A DNA stretch of 64,000 bases, taken from contig JAHQWK010000019.1 of NCBI GenBank assembly GCA_029856145.1, positions 1,927 through 65,926 on the forward strand, in the 5' to 3' direction. The DNA is from Promethearchaeia archaeon. GTDB taxonomy: Archaea; Asgardarchaeota; Lokiarchaeia; Sigyniarchaeales; SOKP01. Below are positions 51,038-59,564 of the stretch, piece by piece (within the stretch, counting starts at the first letter, position 1; every line of letters starts with the position of its first letter). The notes beneath the pieces are model-generated. The model made no database searches, was not told where the DNA came from, and saw nothing but the letters and a program-made list of their open reading frames with translations. The position numbers and the translations under genes are program-made.

Positions 51038-51592
51038 ATGAAGGAAGATGTAAAACAAAAAATTTTAACATCATCAAATATCATATTTGGCGCATTGATT
51101 ATTATTTTTTCTATAATTGTAATGACATTTACTGTTGCGGCTGTAATAACTCTACTATTTATACTTTCCATCGCGATAATTATTATTGGATTAGCAAGGC
51201 TGGTAAATGCGTATGCAAATGATGAACTTGATACAAGTGGGAAAATTGCCAAATTTATAACAGCCATTATTGCTCTAATTTTTGGGGTTATTGTTATTGT
51301 AAATACAGCAACATCTCCTACACTTACAGTTGAAATTTTAATAATTTTAGTTAATTCTTTATTATTAATCATTGGATTTGTGAGGATTTATATAGGATTG
51401 GCAACAAAAGAGTATTATAAAGGATATCGAGGTTTTTTAGTACTTTTTGGAATCGTTATGATCATATTATCGCTTTTAGTGTTCTTAAGTCCTACATTTG
51501 ATAACACAACTTCTATCATAATAGTTGCAACAACAATGTTGCTAAGTGGAATTGCTCGTTTTGTACTGGGAATAATAGGAATTAAAAAATAA
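51038..51592 (+). CDS. HdeD/DUF308-like membrane protein
   Basis: Six TM segments in three repeated hairpins ending G..R. Confidence 0.7.
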   Translation: MKEDVKQKILTSSNIIFGALIIIFSIIVMTFTVAAVITLLFILSIAIIIIGLARLVNAYANDELDTSGKIAKFITAIIALIFGVIVIVNTATSPTLTVEILIILVNSLLLIIGFVRIYIGLATKEYYKGYRGFLVLFGIVMIILSLLVFLSPTFDNTTSIIIVATTMLLSGIARFVLGIIGIKK

Positions 51593-51658
51593 CTTTCTTT
51601 TTTTTTTAAAAACTTATTAGATAATATTCTAGTAAATGCTTGTTAGCTTACTCAGTTG

Positions 51659-52663
51659 TTAATCCTTGAGAGCTTTTTTAGTTTTTTTTTTAGTTATTTT
51701 TACACCTAAACTTAATTGACCCGACTTCTCCTCAGGACCCTTCCAAAAAGGATAATTTTTTTCCAAAATTTTTATTTTTTTAAGTTTAAATATCAAAATT
51801 GCCATAAAATTAATGGCAAGAATATTTGATCCTAAAAGGACAAAACTTCCAAATGATAAAAGTAAATTTCCATAAATTAGAGTTACTCCAATATTAACGG
51901 CAGGAGGCATCAACGATACAGCAATAGCGATCCCTACTAAAGAAGATTGTATTGTTCCCGTTATGGCAAATCCTATAGCTAAACCTGCACCGATAGAAAC
52001 GATCAAATCAAAAATCGTTGGAAAATTTCTACTCATCATTTCATTTGTTATAGAGGGTGAAACATAAATAAGGATGGCTAAGCTAGCTAGTAAAACTCCA
52101 ATTCCTATTGAGATAAGAACACTAAATAATTGTCCAAGTATTCCCTTTTCAACTAAGAGATAATTTTTGCTTATTATTCCATATGAAACGCCCAGAATAG
52201 GACCCATTAATGGAGATATGATCATTGACCCGATAATGATCGCAGTAGAATTTAAAATAAGCCCTGCCCCTGCGATAAAAGCAGCTATCATAATAAAGAG
52301 ATAAAAATTAATATTCAATTCCATTCCTTCTTTTATTGAGGATTCGATTTCTTCTACGGATACTCTGCTTGATAGCTCTTCGGAAACCTCTATTTGATCC
52401 TCTTTTAACTCTGGAATCGTAGCTTGTAATTTTAATATATCTACTATCCCAAATTCAATTCCTACTCCAACTTCATTAAGGACCTCAAGTACTCTAGGAA
52501 CCATGTTCCTTTGACAACGAATAATGACCAATGAATTGTTAACTCCTTCTAATAAAATTATACTTTTAATATTAAGCTTCTCATTTATAGCAGTAATTAA
52601 GTTTTCAGTATGCCCTTTTGGTTCATTAGGAAGACTTATCTGAATTTGACTCATATAACACAC
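51659..52663 (-). CDS. DUF389/TIGR00341-family membrane protein
   Basis: GLILNSTAIIIGSMIISPLMGP, LVGIAIAVSLMPPA. Confidence 0.88.
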   Translation of the reverse strand: MCYMSQIQISLPNEPKGHTENLITAINEKLNIKSIILLEGVNNSLVIIRCQRNMVPRVLEVLNEVGVGIEFGIVDILKLQATIPELKEDQIEVSEELSSRVSVEEIESSIKEGMELNINFYLFIMIAAFIAGAGLILNSTAIIIGSMIISPLMGPILGVSYGIISKNYLLVEKGILGQLFSVLISIGIGVLLASLAILIYVSPSITNEMMSRNFPTIFDLIVSIGAGLAIGFAITGTIQSSLVGIAIAVSLMPPAVNIGVTLIYGNLLLSFGSFVLLGSNILAINFMAILIFKLKKIKILEKNYPFWKGPEEKSGQLSLGVKITKKKTKKALKD

Positions 52664-52845
52664 ATCTATTTTTTTTGAAGGATTTTTTTATCAGATATTT
52701 TCATATAATTTTTTTTAAAAGTTGTATTAAATCTAGCAAAAGCCATTTAAATTCTTTTTCTAGATTTTATAAAAAAACTAAAAGACTCAAAAAATTAAAG
52801 ACTATCCCTCTCTTATAAGAGATTTCGATAGAAGTTTTAGATTGT

Positions 52846-53946
52846 CTAATTATTAGCAGTTATTCTCGGAGGAGGTATAAAGACTCTTCTCATTTCTGTT
52901 CGGGCCAAATTAATGGCATTCTCGGGACATAAATGAGCACAAACACCACAACCTATACATCTTTCTTCATTAACTTCTGCTATTGTGTCTATAAGTTCAA
53001 CAGCCTCAGCTGCACAACTCTCTACACATGTTCCACATCCAGCACATAGATCTTTATCGATATGTGCTAGGTGAGAAGTATAATCCATTAAAGGAACTGC
53101 TCCTGTATAATGGAGTAAAAAAGTACCACAACAGCACTTGCAACAATTGCAAATACCATCAAGCTCTTTTTCTATATCCAAGTTAGTATGGAAAGCCTTA
53201 TGAACCAAACCCTCATCTTCAGCTTTTTTCATTATATCCAATGCTTCTTCTTTTGAAACTTTTTCAGAAAAACCGTGTGAGATAAGAAATTCTGCAGTTC
53301 TACCGAACGCAAAGCAATTCCTTCTTTCTTTTGTTGTTTCACAGGGTTCATCAAGAAGATCTTTTTTATGTCTACAATAACAAGGCGATACTCCTATTGG
53401 ATCATATTTATCAATGATTTTTGAGATTTCTTCTAATTGCAGAACTACTTCTTCCCTTACTTTAACTTCTTCTTCAACAGGAATAACTCTATCTAGAGAT
53501 GGACCATTCCTATATTCTTGGACCATTTGATCGTAATTAGTTTGAGTGTCTTGAACTACTTGTTTATATAATCTTGAATATAATTTTGCTAAGTTTTTTG
53601 CTCTTTCATTCGTTTCACCACGCATTAATGTAAATTCAATAATTCCTGGAAGTAAGGGTGTTTTCCGATAAACCATAACTCCTGTGCTTCTACTGGGTAT
53701 ACCAGTAATCACACCAATATTCATTAGGTCACTTAACATATTATTAAGTGCCTCCTCATCCATATCAGTTAAAGGTTTAATCTCGTCAATGTTATATGAA
53801 CGTTTTCTAAGTAAAGTGATAAATTTCGCTTGTTCTTCTGTTAATAAAGTTTGCATTATTTCGATAATAATATCACTTACCCGTATTGGCAACCTTCCTG
53901 CTTTTATAAAATTTCTTGCTACTTTATACCATAATTTTTCAGCCAT
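52846..53946 (-). CDS. Fe-S protein with N-terminal wHTH-like region and C-terminal 2x[4Fe-4S] ferredoxin
   Basis: CYCR, GLVH, ICNCCKCCC, CAGCGTC, CIGCGVC..CP. Confidence 0.85.
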   Translation of the reverse strand: MAEKLWYKVARNFIKAGRLPIRVSDIIIEIMQTLLTEEQAKFITLLRKRSYNIDEIKPLTDMDEEALNNMLSDLMNIGVITGIPSRSTGVMVYRKTPLLPGIIEFTLMRGETNERAKNLAKLYSRLYKQVVQDTQTNYDQMVQEYRNGPSLDRVIPVEEEVKVREEVVLQLEEISKIIDKYDPIGVSPCYCRHKKDLLDEPCETTKERRNCFAFGRTAEFLISHGFSEKVSKEEALDIMKKAEDEGLVHKAFHTNLDIEKELDGICNCCKCCCGTFLLHYTGAVPLMDYTSHLAHIDKDLCAGCGTCVESCAAEAVELIDTIAEVNEERCIGCGVCAHLCPENAINLARTEMRRVFIPPPRITANN

Positions 53947-54065
53947 TATTAATCAATTTCTGGATTTTGATAATTAATATAAAATTTTACTTTCTATAGT
54001 TAATTATTATAACTATATTTTACTAAATTACATAAATATAATTTGCTAATTAGCGTGATTTAAGA

Positions 54066-55742
54066 TTGTTTGATAAAAATTATTTGGAAGAAGTCAGAGA
54101 AGAAAAAGAAAAATGGGATAAACTCTATGAAAGTTTGAAAGAGCGCGATGTAAAATTTGTTTCTGATTCTGAAATCCCTATTAAAAACCTTTATACACCT
54201 TTAGATATAAAAGATAAAGATTATGTGAGTGATATCAGTTTTCCTGGAGTACCACCATATACGCGTGGTGTTTACCCCTCTATGTATAGAGGAAGATTAT
54301 GGACTATGCGATTATTTTCAGGTCATGGGACTCCTGAAGAAACTAATAAAAGATGGAAATTTCTCTATGAGAATGGTGAAACTGGGTTTAGTGCTGCGGT
54401 TGATGCTTTAACCTTTAATGGGATTGATCCGACTAACAAAGATGGAGCAGCAGAAGTAGGAACGTCTGGAGTTCCTCTCTATTGTATTGATAGTCTTTTT
54501 GCTCTGACTGAAGATATTCCGATCGATAAAATTAGCGTAGCTTTAGTAGTAGAACCTTTCACAACCGCTCCTGTGTGTTCTATGTATTTTAATATGGCGC
54601 AAATGCGGGGGTATGATTTAAAACAATTGATGGGAACAACTCAAAATGATATCTTAACTATGACGGTAGGATATATTCCATATAAAAATAGTCCTCCTAA
54701 CCATATACTTCGCTTAGCATGTGATTTCATTGAATGGACAGTAGCTATGAAAAATGTACCCAAATGGCATCCAATAAATTTCACAGGATATAATTATAGA
54801 GAAGGAGGAATTGATGCCGTACAGGAATTAGGTTTTGTATTTGCGAGTGCATGTTCTCATATTGATAATTTAATTGAAAGAGGATGGAAAGCGGATGATT
54901 TTGTTGGTCGTTTAGCATTTCACTTGTCGGCACATAAAGATTTTTTTGAAGAAATTGCAAAATTTAGAGCAGCAAGGAGAATTTGGTATAAATTAATGAA
55001 AGATAAGTATGAAGTCAAAGATCCAAGGAATCTGGGTTTTCGATTTCACGTTCAAACTGCAGGATCTTCTTTAACAGCACAATCACCTAAAGTAAATATT
55101 GTAAGAACAGCAATCCAAGCATTAGAAGCGAATTTAGGTGGCTGTCAATCATTACACACTAATTCTTATGATGAAGCTATTTGTTTACCCTCAGAAGAAG
55201 CAGTATTGATCGCCTTGAGAACCCAACAGGTGATCTCAGATGAAACTAAAATCCATAATACTATAGACCCTTTTGCTGGGTCCTATTTTATTGAATGGTT
55301 AACAGATGAAGTTGAAGATAGAGTATGGAAATATATAGATAAAATTCAAAAAGCAGGCACTATTGATAAGACTCTATCATCAGGATTCTTATATAAAGAA
55401 ATGAGAGATGCTTTTCATAAAAGAAGAATGCGTATGGAATCTGGCGATGAAATTATGTTAGGGGTTAATAAATATCCCGTGCCATATGATACGGTGACTG
55501 ATGTATTTAGAACTAATGAAGAAGCAATAAATATTGAAATTAGTCGAATTGAGAAATTAAAAGCTCGAAGAGATAATGCAAAATTAGAGAAAATTTTAGA
55601 TAAACTACGAAATGTTTGTGAAAAAGAAGAAAATGTAATGCCAATAATTATGGAAGCTACAAAAGAAGGAGCTACTGTTGGGGAAGTATGTAATATCTAT
55701 AGAGAAATATGGGGAACTTGGGATCCTCCATTAGCAATCTAA
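54066..55742 (+). CDS. B12-dependent acyl-CoA mutase, substrate-binding large subunit (MCM/ICM family, divergent specificity)
   Basis: PPYTRG, WTMRLFSG, GTTQNDIL, FFEEIAKFRAARR, FHVQTAG, QSLHTNSYDEA. Confidence 0.92.
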   Translation: MFDKNYLEEVREEKEKWDKLYESLKERDVKFVSDSEIPIKNLYTPLDIKDKDYVSDISFPGVPPYTRGVYPSMYRGRLWTMRLFSGHGTPEETNKRWKFLYENGETGFSAAVDALTFNGIDPTNKDGAAEVGTSGVPLYCIDSLFALTEDIPIDKISVALVVEPFTTAPVCSMYFNMAQMRGYDLKQLMGTTQNDILTMTVGYIPYKNSPPNHILRLACDFIEWTVAMKNVPKWHPINFTGYNYREGGIDAVQELGFVFASACSHIDNLIERGWKADDFVGRLAFHLSAHKDFFEEIAKFRAARRIWYKLMKDKYEVKDPRNLGFRFHVQTAGSSLTAQSPKVNIVRTAIQALEANLGGCQSLHTNSYDEAICLPSEEAVLIALRTQQVISDETKIHNTIDPFAGSYFIEWLTDEVEDRVWKYIDKIQKAGTIDKTLSSGFLYKEMRDAFHKRRMRMESGDEIMLGVNKYPVPYDTVTDVFRTNEEAINIEISRIEKLKARRDNAKLEKILDKLRNVCEKEENVMPIIMEATKEGATVGEVCNIYREIWGTWDPPLAI

Positions 55743-55759
55743 ATATTGAGGTGATAAAT

Positions 55760-56190
55760 ATGAGTGAGAAAAAAATTAGAGTTTTGATGTCCAAGCCCGG
55801 CATAGATTTATTCTAAACTTATTAGGATATAATGCATACGGGCATTGGCGTGGTGGAATCGTAGTTTCAAGAGCTATTAGGGATGCTGGGATGGAGCTTA
55901 TTTTCGGAGGATTTCAAAATGTAGAACAAATTGTTGAATCTGCAATTCAAGAAGACGTTGACGTTATAGGACTAAGTATTCATTCTGGTGCTCATTTTGC
56001 TTACACGCAGCAGGTTATTGATCTATTGAAAGAACGTGGAGTACTTGACGATGTTATGATACTTGTTGGCGGAATAGTTCCTGCAAAGGACTTTCCTAAA
56101 TTAAAAGAGATGGGGGTTGCAAACATCTATGGACCTGGAAGTATGACCTCAGATATCGTAGAGTTTATTAAAACACATGTCAAAAAATAA
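55760..56190 (+). CDS. Cobalamin-binding small subunit of the acyl-CoA mutase, join(55760..55805,55838..56190), 132 aa
   Basis: GAGGTGA SD then ATG 55760. Spliced product [52 protein letters not shown]..GPG. Confidence 0.85.
55806..55837 (+). other. 32-nt bulge-helix-bulge (BHB) mRNA intron (candidate)
   Basis: Exon helix GCCCG/CGGGC, 4-bp central helix GCAT/ATGC, 3-nt bulges AGA and ATA, internal hairpin TATTCTAA/TTAGGATA. Cleavage after the 2nd nt of each bulge gives ATA G|AC GGG CAT (I-D-G-H). Confidence 0.8.
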
Positions 56191-56205
56191 AGGAGATAAC
56201 TCGCA

Positions 56206-56248
56206 TCGGATATTGTCGATTTTATTAAACCTTATGTTAAAAAAATAA
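56206..56248 (+). repeat. Diverged duplicate of the 3' end of the B12-binding gene
   Basis: Encodes SDIVDFIKPYVKK versus SDIVEFIKTHVKK at 56149-56190. Confidence 0.7.
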
Positions 56249-56318
56249 AAAAGACATGTAATATTTTTTTTTTCAAATTATAATTTTACTTCAATTTCTC
56301 ATCGAGGAATGTATTTCA

Positions 56319-57296
56319 TTGAATATCGCATATAATATTGATACTTTAGTTAGTAAATTTAAACAAAAAAACAAAGTAGCGTTAGCAAAATTAATAACGA
56401 TTATTGAAAATGAGCCAGAAAGAGCACATGAGATATTTAAACATTTTGAAGGTATCTCTCATGATTCCTATATTATAGGTATAACAGGATCTCCTGGTGT
56501 TGGAAAGAGTACTTTAACTGGTGAAATATCTAAAAAATTATTAGAAGATGGAAAATCTGTTGGCATTATATGTGTCGATCCTACATCTCCTTTTAGTGGA
56601 GGTGCATTCTTAGGAGACAGGGTTCGTATGACAGATATATCACTGCATCCAAATATATTCTTACGAAGCCTCGCATCAAGAGGGTATAAAGGCGGAATTT
56701 CAAGAGCAGTTTTTGATATTAGTTTATTATATGAAGCATACGGAATGGATGTAATCATTATTGAGACTGTTGGCGTTGGACAAGCTGAATTCGACATTTA
56801 TAATCTTGCTTATTCTGTTGTAGTAGTTTTAGTTCCAGGATATGGTGATGCAATTCAAATGCAAAAAGCGGGGATAATTGAGATTGGAGATATATACAAT
56901 ATAAATAAAAAAGATTTAGGTGGAGAAGATATTGCCGTTCAAATTGAAATGATGCTTGATGATACTGTTTTTAAAAGTGGGTGGAGACCACCAGTTTCTA
57001 TGACTGATGCAATTTCAGGAGAAGGTGTAGAAGAACTTATCCAAAATATAAGGGATCATAAGGAACATATTGAATTATCAGAAGCAATTAATGACAAAAA
57101 GAAAAATAGATTCACATATAAGATCAAGGAACTTATTTATTCAAAGATTGAAAAACTAATTTCAGAGAGTTTCATTGATGAGAAAGAGATTAATGAAATT
57201 GTTAACCATGCGGTAGATGATGGTAAATTTAAAATTTATCGTACAATCCATAATAAATTCGAAGATGTGAATTTTGAAATAAAAAAGAAAAATTAA
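56319..57296 (+). CDS. meaB: MeaB/ArgK G3E GTPase chaperone of B12 mutases
   Basis: GITGSPGVGKST, VDPTSPFSGGA.LGDRVRM, RSLASRG, ETVGVGQ, NK.D. Confidence 0.93.
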   Translation: MNIAYNIDTLVSKFKQKNKVALAKLITIIENEPERAHEIFKHFEGISHDSYIIGITGSPGVGKSTLTGEISKKLLEDGKSVGIICVDPTSPFSGGAFLGDRVRMTDISLHPNIFLRSLASRGYKGGISRAVFDISLLYEAYGMDVIIIETVGVGQAEFDIYNLAYSVVVVLVPGYGDAIQMQKAGIIEIGDIYNINKKDLGGEDIAVQIEMMLDDTVFKSGWRPPVSMTDAISGEGVEELIQNIRDHKEHIELSEAINDKKKNRFTYKIKELIYSKIEKLISESFIDEKEINEIVNHAVDDGKFKIYRTIHNKFEDVNFEIKKKN

Positions 57297-57434
57297 AGAA
57301 TTTTATTTTAGCACTCAACTAATATCTTTTAATGAGTTTTGAGTGATAACAGAGAGTTCAATTGTAATTATAAAATTAGAGACTTTTTAATTAATTATAA
57401 CCTATTATACACATTTAAAGGTGATATAAGAATA

Positions 57435-57797
57435 GTGGTTGAATTCTGTCCTGAATGTGGAAATATGCTAAGGAAAAAATCTTGTAAGTGTGGATATAAC
57501 AACCAAAATATTCATTCTAAGAATGTATCTAACATGTCCTTGAACGAAATATGGGATCCTCCCCCTCCTAAGATCATTTATTGTAAACTAACGGCGACAT
57601 CACACAATAAACTTGAAACCATGTTAAGTAAAAGAAAATATCCTGAAAAATTAAAGGATATAACTAAAAAACTAAAAAATCATCTCTTCTCTTGTTGCAA
57701 TTGTGTCTACTATAATGAGGCGATATTTCATTGTCAAATTAAGAATAAATATTTAACAAAGGAATCTATTTGTAGAAGTTTTGAACCTTATGAGTAA
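57435..57797 (+). CDS. Cys-rich zinc-binding protein with RpoM/TFS-like N-terminal ribbon
   Basis: GTG start after GGTGA. FCPECGNML..CKCGY and CCNC..C..C. Confidence 0.65.
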   Translation: MVEFCPECGNMLRKKSCKCGYNNQNIHSKNVSNMSLNEIWDPPPPKIIYCKLTATSHNKLETMLSKRKYPEKLKDITKKLKNHLFSCCNCVYYNEAIFHCQIKNKYLTKESICRSFEPYE

Positions 57798-57885
57798 CTT
57801 TAATTCCCGTATTAGAATAACAATTTGATAATAAAATCTTTAAATACTTGAAAATTCAAATTATATTAACTGCAATCTCACATAA

Positions 57886-58374
57886 TTGGTGGCAGCTATA
57901 AATCAAATCGACCCCATAAAAAAGAACGATTTAAACATAAGAGCTGAGAATTTAATTAAAGATACAAAGATTCTCAACATTGCTAGATTGGCTAAAATGT
58001 TAGTTGATTTATATGGGCAAGTTGAGCCCTTTAAAAAGATAGGAAAACTTGAGGGTAAAGAAATTGAATTATATTTAAAAGAATTAGATGGATATATAAC
58101 ATTTATCCTAACATCTGATAAGAACAATTTTACCTGTCATGCAGAGAAAGCTATAGATCCTGTCGCAAGAATTATTATAAATGTTAAAGAAGAGAAAATC
58201 CTTAATGTGATAAGTAATATAATTCGTTCTAAGAGCAATATTTTTGGGTTAGCAAAACTTTTAAAATATATCATTCCAGGAAAAGCTAAAATAAAAGGAT
58301 CTTATGTTGCCGCTATTAAATTGATAAGATGTTTAATGATAGGTAAACATGAAATGTATAAAAAGAGTAAATGA
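57886..58374 (+). CDS. Hypothetical protein, possible SCP2-like lipid/acyl-binding fold
   Basis: Size and the C-terminal GKAKIKG pattern are typical of SCP2 domains. Overlaps the next gene. Confidence 0.5.
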   Translation: MVAAINQIDPIKKNDLNIRAENLIKDTKILNIARLAKMLVDLYGQVEPFKKIGKLEGKEIELYLKELDGYITFILTSDKNNFTCHAEKAIDPVARIIINVKEEKILNVISNIIRSKSNIFGLAKLLKYIIPGKAKIKGSYVAAIKLIRCLMIGKHEMYKKSK

Positions 58375-59537
58375 GGTGTTATTTTATAAGTTTAAATAGT
58401 GATCCTTTTTTATCAATCTCCAATTCTATAAAAAATTCCTCTATTGATGAGTGGCAAAAAGAAGGCAGAAAAGTAGTAGGTTTTTATTGCACATATATCC
58501 CAGAAGAACTGCTTCATGCTGCAGATTTATTACCTTTCAGAATCAGAGCAACTGGTAATAAAGATACTGATCTGGGCGATATATATATGGTTAGATTCAC
58601 TTGCTCCTTTGTTAGAGCGACTTTAGACATGGCTCTAAAGGGAGTATACGATTTTCTAGACGGATTTTTAGTTTGTAATAGCTGTGATCACAGTCGTAGA
58701 ATGTATGAACTGTTTGATCTTAAAGTATTTAATCGTGAAAACTTTCACAAGAAAGTTCATAGATTTTATTTGGCGATACCTCATGTTATAACTAACGAGG
58801 GATTTGAATGGTATAAAACAGAAATCGAAGAACTTAAAGAAGAGTTAGAGCTTAAATTTAACATAAAAGAGATAACAAAGGAGAAATTAAAGAAAGCAAT
58901 TGAAGTATATAATGAAAATAGAAGACTTCTGCGAGAGATACATGAATTAAGGATCCAAAATAATCCTAAACTTACGGGTACTGAAGCGTTACAAATAAAT
59001 ATGGCAAATTCTTCAATTCCGAAAGATCTTGCTAATGAAGAATTAAAAAGACTTAAGAATATCCTAATTCAACGCGAAGGTATTCATATAAAAGATAAAA
59101 AACGGATTCTTTTAGTAGGTAGTGTTGTGGATAACATTGAATTTACAGAATTGATAGAAAATTCAGGAGCTTTTATAGCTTCAGACATTTTATGTTTTGG
59201 AACTCGGAATTTCATGGATGATGTACAACTAGAAAATAATAAAAGCCCTATAGAAAACATCTCTAAACGTTTATATTATAGACTATCATGTCCACGGATG
59301 ATGGATGATCATGAAAGGCGATTAGATTTTCTCAAAAAAGAGATTAAAAGAGCAAATATTGAGGGAGTCATTTTACAAAGAATAAACAATTGCGATCTAC
59401 ATGGGTGCGATAATATGCTCTTTACGCATGAATTAAAGGATTTAGAAATCCCTGTTCTAAACATGGACAGAGAATTCTATCAAGCAGATACATCTCGCTT
59501 ACAAACACGAATAGAAGCATTCTTAGAAATGATATAA
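58371..59537 (+). CDS. 2-hydroxyacyl-CoA dehydratase-family subunit (BzdN/HgdB-like)
   Basis: GFYCTYIPEEL, CSFVR, NSCD, CPRM, NCDLH, QTRIEAFLEMI. Confidence 0.9.
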   Translation: MRCYFISLNSDPFLSISNSIKNSSIDEWQKEGRKVVGFYCTYIPEELLHAADLLPFRIRATGNKDTDLGDIYMVRFTCSFVRATLDMALKGVYDFLDGFLVCNSCDHSRRMYELFDLKVFNRENFHKKVHRFYLAIPHVITNEGFEWYKTEIEELKEELELKFNIKEITKEKLKKAIEVYNENRRLLREIHELRIQNNPKLTGTEALQINMANSSIPKDLANEELKRLKNILIQREGIHIKDKKRILLVGSVVDNIEFTELIENSGAFIASDILCFGTRNFMDDVQLENNKSPIENISKRLYYRLSCPRMMDDHERRLDFLKKEIKRANIEGVILQRINNCDLHGCDNMLFTHELKDLEIPVLNMDREFYQADTSRLQTRIEAFLEMI

Positions 59538-59564
59538 AATCAAAATATAATAGGTAATAGAATA

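Noticed and set aside
52802-52830. Palindrome TCTCTTATAAGAGA as a regulatory RNA or mobile-element end
   Set aside because: Single short inverted repeat just downstream of a stop codon. At most a terminator or stability hairpin, with no partner repeat or transposase.
55891-56190. The 99-aa ORF-track call as the complete B12-binding protein, or the locus as a simple pseudogene
   Set aside because: It lacks the DxHxxG cobalt ligand. The missing N-terminus is intact upstream with an SD, and the interruption has exact BHB geometry, which is unlikely for random decay.
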